Made by a program: the position numbers and the translations under genes. Shown here in pieces: positions 37,910 through 51,251 of a stretch of 64,000 bases of DNA (the stretch's first letter is position 1; every line of letters starts with the position of its first letter). The DNA is from Octopus sinensis (lineage: Eukaryota). The stretch is from NCBI RefSeq assembly GCF_006345805.1, contig NW_021833025.1, positions 62,001 to 126,000 of the forward strand. Reading direction: 5' to 3'. Below the pieces are notes generated by a model that saw only the letters and a list, made by a program, of their open reading frames with translations, made no database searches and was not told where the DNA came from.

Positions 37910-38962
37910 TCATTCGAGCCGAGAACGAGGAATGAAGTGTGCAAATGCTTTATCCGACCCTATAAAACAAAGAATCTTGGCTGCAACATCAACAGGAAGT
38001 GCACTTATTAAATTATTAGGAAAAGTTGAAACCTGAAAATTGGAATAAATACAGAAAAGATCCTCGGAATTATAACATCACTTTTTTCCATTAAAATCCC
38101 ATCAAAAATAGAGCTAGCGACATGTTCGGCTTCTAATTCAGGAACTGATAAAAATTTTCGACTAAGTTAAAAATGAACTAAAAATGGTTTACTTGGCACT
38201 CTTGAACATGCGAGTATTGATCAAATATGGGCATACGATGGTCATTGGAATTGCCTTTCCAAATCCTTGACAAAAAAGCTCAGCCCTTATAGAATTATGC
38301 ATTCCCAATAAAGCAAATTTTGACCCGCAATAACCTGACAAATGGGGAGCTCCCGTATACGCAAGAATGCTTGAAATCGTCACCAAATGTCCACTTTTCC
38401 GAGCCTTCATGTGAGGCAAAAATTCTTTAAATAACTTAATTATATTTTCCAATTAAACTATATAATTGGAAATAACATTGACATCATAAACATTGACAAT
38501 TTCTCGGTCAGACAAATCCTCTAAGTTTTGTCCATAGACAATTCCAGCATTGTTAACTAATATGTCAGGAATTCCTTGTTTGATTATAATCTAATAAGTA
38601 TAAAAAACAAACATTTTTGCAGGTATTCTTCAGTTCAGCCCGGTTAGCCAAATCGACTTTATAGCAAAAAACATGTAACTCTGAGCCGTATGAATCCTCT
38701 ATTAGTCTCTTGGTTTCCTCAAGACCATCATTGTCAATATCAATTAGAATGAGGCTAGTTTGACCTTTTGCAAAAATTAGTGCCAATTTTTGGCCCAGAC
38801 CTCCCGCTATATAAGAAATATGATATTTTAAATATTATTACCAGCACCTGTTATCAAGACGAGATTGCTTTGTATGCTTTTCCGCTTTCGGAAATAATCA
38901 AATGTAAAAAAATTGAATAAACTCAAAATGATGTCGTAAATTAAATCATACAATAAAAACAT
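37910..38962 (-). CDS. Short-chain dehydrogenase/reductase, SDR16C family (RDH10/HSD17B11/SDR16C5-like), multi-exon
   Basis: N-terminal hydrophobic segment, then VLITGA|AGGLG, DILVNNAGI, GHLVTISS, YCGSKFA and VCPYLINT. Confidence 0.9.
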
Positions 38963-40592
38963 TTTAAATATAAAATTTTAAACATTTATATATAGAAAAT
39001 ATTTCATTTTCAATTTTTAAAAAGTAAATGTTGAAAAGTGTGAGAACCAAAATTATCATAAGATTTTTTGTGATATTTTGACTTTTACTTAACTATTCAA
39101 TTTAAATTATATCAAACCGAAAACGAGTTAACAATTAGGAGGCAGTTGCTCCTAAGAAGAGCAACCGAGATCTTTTCGTTCGTTGATGACTCTTTCCTGA
39201 GTCAAAAATCAAGATCACGTCATTTGTGGATTCGAGAAAACTAGTAGTGTTGTTATTCATGGATTTGTTATCTGCCATGATATATTGAAAACTTTCGATT
39301 CTGTCTGACATTTGAATTTTTTTAGATCAAACCTTAAGTGTGAACCGATAAAAGAGCAATTCAAATGGCTTTTGAAGTTTCCTGATCGATCAATTCTTGA
39401 TAATTGAATAGTGTGGATTTAAGTCAAGATCTATCTTTTTGATTAAGATTACCTTCCGTTTCTTTACAAAGTTCAAACAGACTTTCTATTTTACTCTACG
39501 GCGTTCTTGTTTCGACATATCAAAGGACATGTATCTATCGGACAACGAATTACATTGCCTCCATTTTTGGTGCTACAGCTGAAAAACGCATTTTATCGCT
39601 TACATAAAATCTGTGATGGGTTATTCACCGTAACAAGGTATCTCCGTAAAACATGTAATTGAAAATATTCGAAAGTTGAACTCTTTTCAGCATTTCGAAT
39701 TAAATCACTATTACAAAAAACAACTTTTATGTGAACATCTCTCTGATAAATACAAAAGCTACCAATGTTTTCTAATGCCTAATGAAAATTCATCCAAATC
39801 TGTCTACCTTTTCAAATTCCAAAACAAAAAAGTTTGAGAAAATCCAATAAGGTTAATAAGTCTAAATCTGAGATCATTCGTTTTTCAGGTTATTTCGAGT
39901 CCTTCATCACGACTTAAAAAATGTAAAGGTCTGGAATTTCTTGCTATTCCAAATAGAAGTCTCTATGATGCCTCTTTTTCCCAAAGAATTTTTTTATCTT
40001 AAGCCTAGTTGTTACAAATCGGAAAGTGTGATTTTCCATTGATTCTATCGTGTCGCGTTCGTTGACGAAAATATGAGCACTAATATTGATTTTCCAATCG
40101 TGCTATACGGGCATCTACAATTTGTCACGAGAGCGTTCTCTTTTGTAGTTGTGCTAATCTCACTTTTCTTTGTTATTTGTCTTCCATGGCGGATTTCTCG
40201 AACTTTACCAACTCTGTTCGCTTCCCGCGTTCCACTGACTCCGGGACATATCTCTTCCAGATCAAAAAGACAAGATAAAAATATGCTTATTTTTTGGAGT
40301 TATTTTGTTTCACTTGCTTTAGATACAATAGTGTTATTGGCAAGCGTGCCCATGCCTTTCTTTCTGAGATCGAGGCACGGATTTTTATCAGGTAGCTGAT
40401 CCAAATGACTTCATTTTCTATTTTTCGGGATAATTGTAAATCAATCCTTTCTCAGGGTGTGTCTTCAATATTTAAATATTATTCAACATATGTTGCTTTA
40501 TGCGAAAAAATAGTGTACATCTCCTTAGCGGAAGTCCGTTGAATTAATTTTTCTGTTTCTTTTAATAGTCTTCACTTTATAATTTTTGAGTC

Positions 40593-41540
40593 AAGCTTGA
40601 CATCAGAAATGCATTCAACAGTATTCGACGAAACCGACTTTTGGAGGTCTGCTCTGAGTATTGTCCTTCTTTATTTGGACTAACTTTCCAATCATACGGC
40701 CAACCATCCTCCCTTATCTTTGATTCCGACACTATCCCGTCTGCTTCGGGAGTTCAACAGGGAAACCCTCTGAGGCCACTCCTTTTCTGTCTTGGAATCT
40801 CCGATGTGATCAAGCTTCTATCTTCTCGATTAAACCTCTGGTATTTCGACGACGCCACTCTTGGTGACCCCCTGGACATCGTTCTGCAGGACATAATTAA
40901 AATTATCCCGGCTCTGGAGAAAGTCGGCCTCAGTTTAAATTTCTCCAAATGTGAAATTTCTAACTCCGGGTGCTCGCAATCTACCTTCGAAAACGCTGTT
41001 TCCTCTCTCTGTGATCTTATCCCGGGAGTGCAATCTACTCCCATTGACGAACTTTCTATCCTCAGAGCCCCGGTAGCTGGCAATTCTATTGATGTGGCCC
41101 TACGCAAAGAAGAATAATTTTCGAGGCAGTTTTCGAACGTATCAGACAGTTGGACTCACACACAGGATTATTCCTTCTATGAAATTGCTTTTCAATCCAA
41201 GAGCTCTCCTATTTGCTGCGCTCTTCTCCGTGTTTTGCTTTTCCAGAGAGACTTTCCGCCATTGACCACCTTATCCGTACTTTTACTCAGAACATATGCA
41301 ATTCCCCCTTCGACGATATGGGTTGAAGACAGGCAACCCTCCCGTTATCTGTTGGGGGCTCGGGAACCGCTCATGTTCCGACTTATCGTACGCTACTTTT
41401 CTCTCGTCCCTCTCCTCGAGCCACACACTTGTCATGGAAATTCTACGCTCCTTTTCTGAATTTTCCTTGGACACAAATGTGGCTCATTTCAGCGAAGTCT
41501 GGAGAGAACAAGGTCTTGACTTTCCGGATGACTTTTCGTA
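40593..41540 (+). mobile_element. Decayed CRE-clade RT fragment
   Basis: KLDIRNAFNSIRR, GVQQGNPL, LWYFDDATLG, YLLRSSPCF. Confidence 0.85.
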
Positions 41541-41853
41541 AAGATTTTGACAAGAATATGACCGACTTTTAAAAATATAAGAAATTGTCATCGGTACCAT
41601 TAAAATGAAGATATTCAAATATACAGAAAAAAACTACAATCAAAAACAATTGATATGTCAGATTCTCGCGTGTCTCGTGAATATTTTTTATTTCTCCTGT
41701 ACCTATTCTGTTTTTCTCTTTCAGTAAAAAAATATTCCTACTGAAAACTAACAAAATCTCAACATTTCGTAAAAAATAAATAAAGCTTTCCAATATTCCA
41801 ATCCACAAATGCAACTTAAAATAAACAAGAATTTTTATTAAATGTTAGTTATA

Positions 41854-42452
41854 TTACTCACATGGCAATCTTCCAGTGATTTCACATAGAGATGCGTAAA
41901 CATTAAATCTAGTATTAAAAATTGTCCAACAGAATCCAAAAAATGAGCCTAGAATGCCTCCAATGACAACTTGAATTAAAGAATGATATCCAAAATAAAC
42001 TCTAAACTAAATAAGTAACACAACCTGCTATAACAAACGCAAACAGAAAGGGCTAAAAGAGCAATAAAATTAAGTGAAATACGAACGAGCGACATCTTGA
42101 ATCTGATGAAGCAATAAATATTTCGGTATACCTTTGATAAAGTTTTTCAAATTGGAAAGTTAGGAAGAACCAAATAAACTGTGAGTGACTTGACGGCATT
42201 CCATATTTTTCAGTGAAAATTGGAATTAGTCTGTTTTTATTGGTAGGGCGCGGTTGTTTAATTATTATTTTTAGAAGAGAATTTATCAATTCGTTCAATA
42301 TCAACCCTAATAGAAGGATAACCTGAGAAAATGTTATCAATATAATTTACTGATGATTTTCTATTGGTCTTGAGTGATGATATCAGTAATAATGCCAATA
42401 TAATATAAGGAAAAAACCCACACAAGGCAAAAAACAAGTCATTGCTCTGCAT
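41854..42452 (-). CDS. DOLPP1: Dolichyldiphosphatase 1 (PAP2 family), multi-exon
   Basis: LNELINSLLKIIIKQPRP, YGMPSSHSQFIWFF, CYSR|VYFGYHSLIQVVIGG. The 3' end is approximate. Confidence 0.88.
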
Positions 42453-42554
42453 TTACTGTTAATTAATAAAAATGATTTAAATTTAACAAATAAATTATAT
42501 TTAATAATAAAAGTGATCAATTTGAATTATGGCAGTTATCAAAATTGTGTTGAA

Positions 42555-44645
42555 TTCAGAGCATGTCGTACCCAAACTGGACCAGGAATTCTTGCTTTTC
42601 CAGCTCGGTTTTAGCCTTCAAAGGAGAATCGGAATGGCTTGCTATTGCACTCAGCAACTGATAAAGTCGAAGCTTTCAGGTGTTTTTTTTCCTTATGAAG
42701 CTTGACATTCATAACGGTTTCAAAAGCGTCTAAAGCAGGGGTGCGCAAGCTTTTTGGGTTTGCGGCCGCATAGCATTTTTTTTCCTTCTCTTCCACGGCC
42801 GCACATTTTCTGCATTATTTTTTCGATGTAATTTTTTTTAATTATTAAAAGTGACCGCATAAGTTTCCCATTGTCATCGAGACCGAATGAGTTCTTGGAC
42901 AGGAAATGCTCTCGTTCATCAGGGACATCATATTATTAAAATAAATAATTATTTCATGGACAAAAGATAAGAAAGAAGGAAAATTAATTAAAAGAAATGT
43001 ATTATACAAGTTATTCTAATGACGGCCAGGATCTTTGGTATTTTTTGCGAGCTTATTGAAATCCACTGGTAGGGTAGATATCATTATGCGCAAACATGAC
43101 TCTAAGTTTGCATCCGTTATCCGAGATCCATATTGACTTTTTAAATATTTCATTTTGGAAAATGTAGACTCACATAAAACTGTCGGCGCTGAATTGTGTC
43201 ACGTGAAAGTGGAATTGCTTCAAAGTTATGCTCCTTGTCGGGATCAATGCATTTAACTGATTCCATGATACATCTTTTCACAAGTTCGCCGTCTGAAAAA
43301 GGTTTTCCAGCAGATCCAAGGATATGAGCAACTCGAAAGGATGCTTCAACTCTTGCATTTGCCACATTTAAAAAAGTTTTTAAACATTTTTTTTGTTGTC
43401 TTAATTTGTATTTCAAATTTTCGACGGAATCTTCTCTTGAACACTTGGACTTGAGAACTAGGTGGTCTAAATGTCTTTGAAATGTTGTTTAGCATTGTCC
43501 CGTTTTATAGTTTTCACAATCTCATGGCACAATAAGCATTGCATGCTATTGTTGTCTGTTTCAACTACGAAGTATTCACTTTCCCAGTTGATATTAAATT
43601 TTCTTTTTTCTTCATTCAAAGAACGTCGTCTTTTAACATAAATAAATTAAGCCGTTTATGATAATTACTTTTAATAAAGGTTAACCATTATATAAAAATA
43701 GAATCTTATTTAATATGAATATTTTTAATTATTATTTAGGGTTTTTCTTGATTAATTAACACTATGAGCATTATATTTAAGATTAGTTGCTCGCTGACCT
43801 AATTGTGCCCACGGCCGCACTTGCGCACCCCTGGTCTAAAGGATAATATACTCGAAGCCGCAACTTCCACAGCCGAAATATTTTTTCCCACGTCTGAATT
43901 ATAGCCAAATCGAATCTGACGATTTTCGAGGCCCCCATTGGTCCTTCTGCCCTTGAAGGCTCCCTGTCTGAAAAAATTTTCAATCTATTCAAAGTGATTG
44001 AGAAGATCAAAGACATAGAGCCTCATTGGGCTTTTTTCTTTCTACGAAACTACTTTGTTTAAAGGCTCTCCCTCTCCCTTCTGGTAGAAAACGATTGCCT
44101 AAGAATCGCAATCTCCCTTCGTGTCGGACTGAAGATCTGTCAGACGCATAAATGCCGCTGTGAGGGAAATGTTGACGAGTACGGTTAGCACGCGCTCGCT
44201 TGCCGTCGGAGTGCAGGTTGTGCCCCTCGTCACAGCTAACTCAACGCAATCATTCAGAGAGCCCTCGCTTACGCGGGTGTCCCGTCAATCCTCGAGCCGG
44301 TTGGGCTGAGCCGAAAAGACGGCAAACGCCCAGTGTGACCAGCAAGGGAAATCCCTTATTTGGGACTCCACCTGCTCGGATACGTTCTCGCGCGGAAATC
44401 TCCCCCTGTCCGCTGTCAATCCTGGGCACGTTTTGCAAGATTCTCAAGTACGGCCATCTCTCGAATTCTCTCCTTTTCACCCCAATTGCTTTGGAGTCTT
44501 CGGGGATCTTCGGTCCTAAGACGCTTCGCTCCCTCGGCCGACGGATATCAAGTGTAAGACACGATTCCAGAGAATCATCCTAGGTCTTGGAACGTCTATC
44601 GATCGCCGTGATCCGCGGGAATGGCCTCGTTATTCGCGAGACGCC
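42555..44645 (+). mobile_element. Decayed, internally deleted CRE-clade copy interrupted by hAT
   Basis: QLGF..MKLDIHNGFKSV|RDNILE across the hAT insertion. HKCRC..HALAC, LEPVGL, PIALESSG, IAVIRGN. Confidence 0.78.
42736..43833 (-). mobile_element. hAT (Buster/SPIN-like) deletion derivative
   Basis: 14-bp TIR CAGGGGTGCGCAAG. 8-bp TSD GTCTAAAG at 42728-42735 and 43834-43841 with central TA. Transposase remnant ASFRVAHIL..GKPFSDGELVKRC..PLSRDTIQRR. Confidence 0.93.
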
Positions 44646-45111
44646 ATTTTGGTTAAAATGAACAACAAGCATGTCCTCGACTCACATGATGCGGTCATTT
44701 AAACCTTCTCGCCAAAATAATAATTTTTCCATTTTGTTTAAAATAAAGAAAGTTAATGTCTTCGATACGCATGATGAGGTGCATTAAAACCTTATAGCCC
44801 ATCCGCAGGAACTAGATAGTTTTATTCCCACTTTAGCCTTATGATCGCGAGTGATGGCAGTTATTGACAAGTGTACAAGTTTAGTCAATAGTCAAATTAG
44901 ACGACCTGATGGCCCAATTCTTTACACTTTCTGTTTTCTTTTGAAATAGAAATTCATCAACTTTAAGTTGTTGGGTTTTTTCTAGTAATATTGGTCATTA
45001 ATCACGAAGAAGTAGACATTTTTGTACAAATACCTTGTAAGAGCGTTTAGAAACTCATTAGAGACAATGTGGTTTTGAAGAAGTCGCGAAGGTTCAAATT
45101 ACCTTTCACTA

Positions 45112-46633
45112 CAGTACCGCTCAAATGTTTCGGACCACCCTATTTTTCTCAATTTCCAAGTCAATCCTAAATTATTTTTATACGGTTCTTTAGAGAAACT
45201 TATTAGATAAGCTTAAACACATTTATTCTATTTTAAAAACTTGGACAGATATTCATGTTTGGCGCAATTTTAAAATTATCGATTTTATACTCGATCATAT
45301 GTTCCGGACCAGTTTAAAAAAAACCGAAAATTTATTAAACTTATAAAAAGTTAATAATTAATATTTCCTCCGTTGTTCGTTATAACAGCATTTATTCGCT
45401 CTGGAAGTGAATTGTATAATTTTTCAATGTACGAATTATCAATCTCGTACCAAATTTTTTGGTCAAATTCCAGAGCTCTGGAAGATCTTTTGGTTCCAGA
45501 TCATAAAGTTTTTGTTTTAGTACCGACCACATATTTTCAATAATATTCAGTTCGGGTGACTGGCTCGGCCAAGTTTCTAAGATTTTTATTTGTTTCCTTT
45601 GAAAAAAATTCATTGTCGACATGGACCGATGGGAAGGAGCGCCGTCTTGCTGGAGATACATGGTCTCATCATAAAAATTTTCGAGTCCAACATTTATAAT
45701 TCTCTGATACTCTGCGGAATCAACATTTTTAATGCATAAGACAATGTTTCTCCATCCATTTGCAGCAATAGCTCCCCAGACCATAATGCTAGGAGAAAAT
45801 TTTCGTGTTTTTAAACAATATTTTGAGTCAAATCTAGAGTTTGGTGGCCTTCTAACATAATTTTTTGTGTTTGAATGCAAATTTATTTTGCATTCATCAC
45901 TAAAAAAATAATTTTACCCCAATCATTTTGGCTCCAAGTTAATTTCTCAATGCACCAATTTTTTCTAGCCTTTTTATGGCATATGGAAAGACTTGGTTTT
46001 GGGCATTGCTTTCGCCCATTCAAATTATTTCTTTGTAGGCATCTTTTAATTGTATTTGTGCTTACAATAGAATTTAATTTCATATCAAATTTAATTTGAT
46101 TTGCCGTTTTTGTGGGGTCTGCTTTCGAAATTCTCACTAATTTGCGTTCAGATCTTGGGGATAACAATCTCGGTCGACCAGATTTGGGTCTGTCGGAATA
46201 TAGTCCAACGGATGAATATCTGGAAATTGTTCTTTGAACAGCAGTTTTGGATATTTTTAATTTTTCGGCAATTTCTCTTTGTGAAGCTCCATCTTTAAAA
46301 AAAGTGATGATAGCGACCCGATCAACCAGTGAAACACGCGGCATTTGTTATTTATTAGTCTTTTGTTTTTAATTGAATCAAAAATTATTTAAATTTAAAG
46401 AGATTTAACTGGTTCGAAACATATGATTGCAACTGGTCCGGAACATATGATCGAGTCAAAAATCAATTATATTCAATTGGCGCCAAACAAAAATATTTAA
46501 AGAAAATTTTAGAATAGAATAAATGTATTTAAGCTTATCTAATAAGTTTCTCTAAAGAACCGTATAAAAATAATTTAGGATTGACTTGGAAATTGAGAAA
46601 AATAGGGTGGTCCGAAACATTTGAGCGGTACTG
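45112..46633 (-). mobile_element. Tc1 (DD34E-type) element with ~200-bp TIRs, frameshifted transposase
   Basis: TA TSDs. First ~105 bp of the TIRs identical. ORFs 45883-46344 and 45392-45880 carry SGRPR, SDEC, QQDGAPSH, WPSQSPELNIIENMW. Confidence 0.94.
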
Positions 46634-47000
46634 TACAACAAATGCAATATAGGCGAGTTAAATTAGAAAGAACGATATTACATGGCAGGATGTCTCCACA
46701 TCTCTTTTTGAAATTCAAACAGATTTCAATAGAAGATGATGGATGAGTTTTATCATAACCATCTCATGTTTATAGATGGCATCAAACTGTTTCCTCGGTT
46801 TGAAAGATCCCCCATCCAATAGATAAAACTTTTGTACTTTTCTCCTAGGCAACTAAACGTGGATTGAGTAAAGTCGCCAGTTTAAGTTTGCAAATTTCTA
46901 CTAAGAATATGTATTCCAAATGATGCTTGCTATAGGAAAAGCACGTGTTGGACACCTAAGGTTCATTAAAAACTTTTTGTCGGCTATGTATGCTTTAAAT

Positions 47001-47408
47001 CAGGCATTCTCAACCTTTTTTTTTCATCGCCCCCTTAGATATTTTATCGCCCCCTTTGAAATTTTATCGCCCCCTTGTCCACATACAATTTAAAAATTTT
47101 TGGGCATTGTCCCTTAATTGGTTGTTTTTTGTATATAACTCAAAAATCAAAATTTAAAATAATAAATCAAATGTAAAAAATTGAATTTTTATTAAAAATT
47201 ATTAGTGAGACCCTTGATATTGATGCTTACTCGCTAAATATAGGGTTTTCGGATCAATATAATAATTTTTCGAACCAATATAATAACTTTTCGAATCATA
47301 AATAATTTTTCGAATCAATATAATAATTTTTCGAATCAATATAATAATTTTTCGAATCTTCTGAACATTCCCCTAGGGGGGCGATTCGCCCCCGGTTGAG
47401 AACACCTG
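47001..47408. mobile_element. Non-autonomous hAT (Charlie-type MITE) with internal minisatellite
   Basis: TIR CAGG(CA/TG)TTCTCAACC. TSD CTTTAAA(T/G). 3x ATCGCCCCC subterminal repeats. ~5x 22-bp TCGAATCAATATAATAATTTTT at ~47250-47358. Minus-strand ..HQYQGSH* tail. Confidence 0.85.
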
Positions 47409-47900
47409 CTTTAAAGTTTATCAAACTTACAAGGAATTTTCTACTAAAAATTTTAACTTAAAAGTCCTTCACAAAACACAATCTACCCTGGACAACACGC
47501 ATACATATCTTCGTCCTAACGTGACTGAAATATTGACTTAACACTTACCGATTAGAAGAGTTTGTTTTATATTTCCAAGATAAAAACTGCCTGCAAACGA
47601 ACTGTTGTTTCTTAATGAAGCAAAAATAGAGATTATTGCCTCGACACAAAAATAGAAAATGAAAAAAAGTTTGTAGCAAACTCTTATTCCAAGCAAAGAA
47701 GAGGAATCACTGACGATCTGGACTTTTAATTAGATAATTTAGTTAATGTTGTTGTTCCTATGATAGTGCTAGGTTAAATATAAAATTCTACTTGACAGCT
47801 TATGTCAAATGAAACATTATAAAATTGATTTTTAAAATCTGTCAAAATTAGCAATCTGTTGTTATAAAATGAATAAATAGAAAGGAAACAATTTTCTAAA

Positions 47901-49448
47901 ATGTGTAATTTATTTTTCATATTTGTAGTAAATCTTCTATATACAGAAGAAGGTAAATTTGTTATATACTTTAAGCAAAAAATGTCTGAACGACAAATGC
48001 TATACAGTGCAACCCCTTATTGGGACGACCCCGGACGTGGGGCACCCTCGGGTTTTGGGGCAATTTGAATTTCTACTAGGAGTTTTTCTGTTTATTCTTT
48101 ATAAGATAAACCCCGTTATGGGGCATTTAATATTTTATATATTTTTTAGTTATAATTTTTGCATTTTATTTTATAATAACTAATAATAACGTGTTTATGT
48201 TGTTTTGATGGATGTAATTTTGATGGATGTGAAGGTTCTGAGGGCTTCAGAGAACCCGATAATAGTGATAAACATTCATTTCCCGACAAGATCGTTTTGG
48301 ATCGATTAATTTGACAATGGATCGATTAATTCAAAAGTACCAATTCGGAGCGAAAATAACGGATTATTTCCCGACAAGTAAAGACTAAAATTGTTAAATG
48401 AAATTAAGAATAAACATCTTTTGGTTTTAAATTAACAAAACGTTAGTTTTTTTCGTTAATATTAGAAAACCCCTCTATCTGGGGAAACCCCTGTTTTTGG
48501 GGCACTAGGTGCCCCAAAAAGAGGTTAGACTGTACTCATTATTTTAACGAATTTCCATATGACAGTGCTAATTCAATCTGTACAGGCTTGGGAGGAAGTC
48601 TTGCTGTAATCAGAGATGCTAAGACTAATAAATTTCTTGTTGGTTCATATCATAAATATATATTGTAAGATACCTTTTATCGTCCTACCAAAAAATATAT
48701 GTACATCGGAGTTAATGACAGGTTAAGATACGGACATTATGTAGATAGTTACGGTGAAGAACAGGTAATTTTGTTCATCTCTAAAAGTTTTAGAAATTTT
48801 TTAACTGGCATAAAGGACAACCCAGTAATAATAATGGAAATGAACATTGTGTTCATATGTATCATACAAACGGAGAGTGGAATGATAACGAATGTTCCGC
48901 AAGGATGACTTTCCTTTGTGAATTTCCAAGTTTGTATCATAAAATATATCAATCGTGAAGAAAGAAACTTCTGTTTGAAACAAAATTGTTATACATTGAT
49001 TACTGAGACTCCCCTAAGTTTTAATGCGGCCGAAAAATATTGTCGTAGGAAAAGAGAAAAACTAGCTATAATAGACACAAACGAAAAAAAACAATTTATA
49101 GTAGGTTTATATTAAAAATTTTCAAATTTCGGAAACCTTTTTTAAAAAGCAAAAAGTTAAACAATTTTATTTTGGACTGAATAAACTGAATTATAGCAAA
49201 GAGGAGTATTACGGTTCTTATTTTCACACCCAAGTATCTTTTCATATATTAATTTTAAGAAAGATAATATTAATAATAAAATAAAATGTGTTTTTTTCTC
49301 AAAAAATGAAAAAAATTCCTGTAATGATAACTTACCGTTCATTTGTGAAAAATCAGGTTTTCCTCTAAAAATTAATTATTTCAGCACCTCCACTACAGTG
49401 TCGTACACCCAATTATTGAATATCACCAAATTAAATACTAATGATTGA
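47901..49448 (+). pseudogene. Two-domain C-type lectin, disrupted
   Basis: Same 52-nt first exon length and intron positions as 206-807. KCLNDKCY|[MITE]|THYF..CTGLGGSLA..YIGVND..NWHKGQPS..EHCV..EWNDNEC..FLCE, then a degenerate second CTLD. The MITE sits in exon 2 and the first intron lacks an in-frame AG. Confidence 0.8.
48005..48532. mobile_element. pogo/Tigger-derived MITE inserted in lectin exon
   Basis: TA TSD. Imperfect CAGT..ACC.CTT.TTGGG TIRs. TTGGGGCAC subterminal repeats shared with 49740-51136. Confidence 0.85.
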
Positions 49449-49739
49449 CAAATTTAATAACTGTATCTAACAAATTAATAAAAATTAACCAAAATTCATA
49501 ATAACTGTATCTAAAAGGTTAAGTAGGTTCCAGAATAACGACCCATGATAACGACTTAATTTTTAGTACGTTTCCTATAGCTTGAGAGATGACCATTAAA
49601 GGCCTGATAAGATACAATTTCGCTGCATGAATTTTTGCGGACTTTCATGATACCTTTAAGGCTCAGAAGTGTGAGGAAGTTTACTCTCATAATTTGTCAA
49701 CTTCAAACTTGCTTCCTTCATCGACGTTATTTATATTTA

Positions 49740-51136
49740 CAGTCCGACCCCAAAATGGGGCAGACCCCAGGGGTGGGGCACCCTCGGATTTTGGGGCACC
49801 CCCGCAATTTGGGGCACTTTATTCCAAAAGTACATTTTGGCAGAAAAAAAATAAAAATCGATAAAAAATTATGGAATTTTTGGGGCACCATAAAATCATT
49901 TATAAGGAATTAAAAATAAAATAAAATTATAATAAATTAATTATTTTTTGTTTTATTTTCAATTTATATTTTTATTGTTGTGGTTATGGATTACGAAACT
50001 AAATTGAAGATTGCTAAAGAAATTTTGAAGAAAAATTTATCTGAGAGGCAACTAATGAAAAAGTACAACACAAGTAAAGGAACAATATCAAGAATAAAAC
50101 GAAATATTGTACCTTTCTTGCAACACGGCAATACTATTTCTGAGGAATATGAAAAAAAATCATTTGTTGAACAAGGCGAACCGTGTTTTGGTTATAAACA
50201 AGGGAAAGAAAGACTCACTGTTCTTCTATGCTGCAGTTTAATCGGGGAAAAACTTAATCCATTGATTATTGGAAAATATAAAAAACCTCGGTGTCTAAAA
50301 AATTTTGATGTTCAAGATTTTGGGTTATTGTATTCATCTTCTCAAAATGCATGGATGACTGAAAGACTTTTATGAGTTGGCTTACACTTATAAATGAATC
50401 GTTTTGCAAAAACAACAGAAAAATATTATTAATACTTGACAATGCGGATGCCATAAAACTGCCGAATGTTCGAACATCGAATTTTTATTTTTGCCGAAAA
50501 ATACAACGCCCTATTTACAACCTTTGGATATGGGAATAATCAAGATTTTTAAAGATTATTATTCCTCTTTCTTAATGGAATTTTTATGTTTTCAAGATTT
50601 CGAAAACGATTTTACACATTCTATTGGTAAATTAAATTTGCGTCAGGTTATGATGCTAATTTCAAAAGGATGGGAGAAAATAGATGCTAAAAGTATTGTT
50701 ATTGTTGGAAGAAAATCGACAGGAACCGTGATTCTTATGCAACAAAAAACTGTCTAACAGATGAACATTTAGATCAAGTTGTTAACAAAACAATTGATGG
50801 AGATGCGAAGACATGAACAATAATGTTTATGATACATATTCAGAAACCGAAAATAGTGAAAATGTCGTAGCAAAAACAAAAGATCTGCTTAACAATTTAG
50901 AAGAAAAAATTTCTAATGTTGCACCAAGTATGCTCCGAGATTTTTTTGATTTTCGGCTGAAATTGACGAACAATATCAGACAAAACTCTACAAATAAAAA
51001 GAAATAACTGAATATTTTAGTAAAAATGTTTTTTGATGTTTATTAATGGTTTAATTTTTAAAAAAATAACAAACCCCTGTTTTTGGGGCACCCCCGCATT
51101 TTGGGGCACTTGGTGCCCCATTTGGGGGTCGGACTG
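49740..51136 (+). mobile_element. pogo/Tigger element, internally deleted and frameshifted transposase
   Basis: TIR CAGTCCGACCCC(A/C)AAATGGGGCA with TA TSDs. KERLTVLLCC..GEKL.PLIIGK..KPRCLK..NAWMT..LILDNA..LPKNTT..QPLDMGII. Confidence 0.92.
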
Positions 51137-51251
51137 TATTGAAATAAATTAATATTTGTAGTTATTTTATTTTTCCCTAGTAACAATTATTTTGTGAATT
51201 TTAAATTTTCCGTCGCGTTGTTATATTTATTTGCATTTTATTTTTGGTGAA

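Noticed and set aside
44670-44800. Two degenerate ~38-bp repeats (ATGTC.TCGA..CATGATG.GGT..TAAA.CCTT) suggesting snoRNA boxes
   Set aside because: No convincing D box or terminal stem. Cannot be supported.
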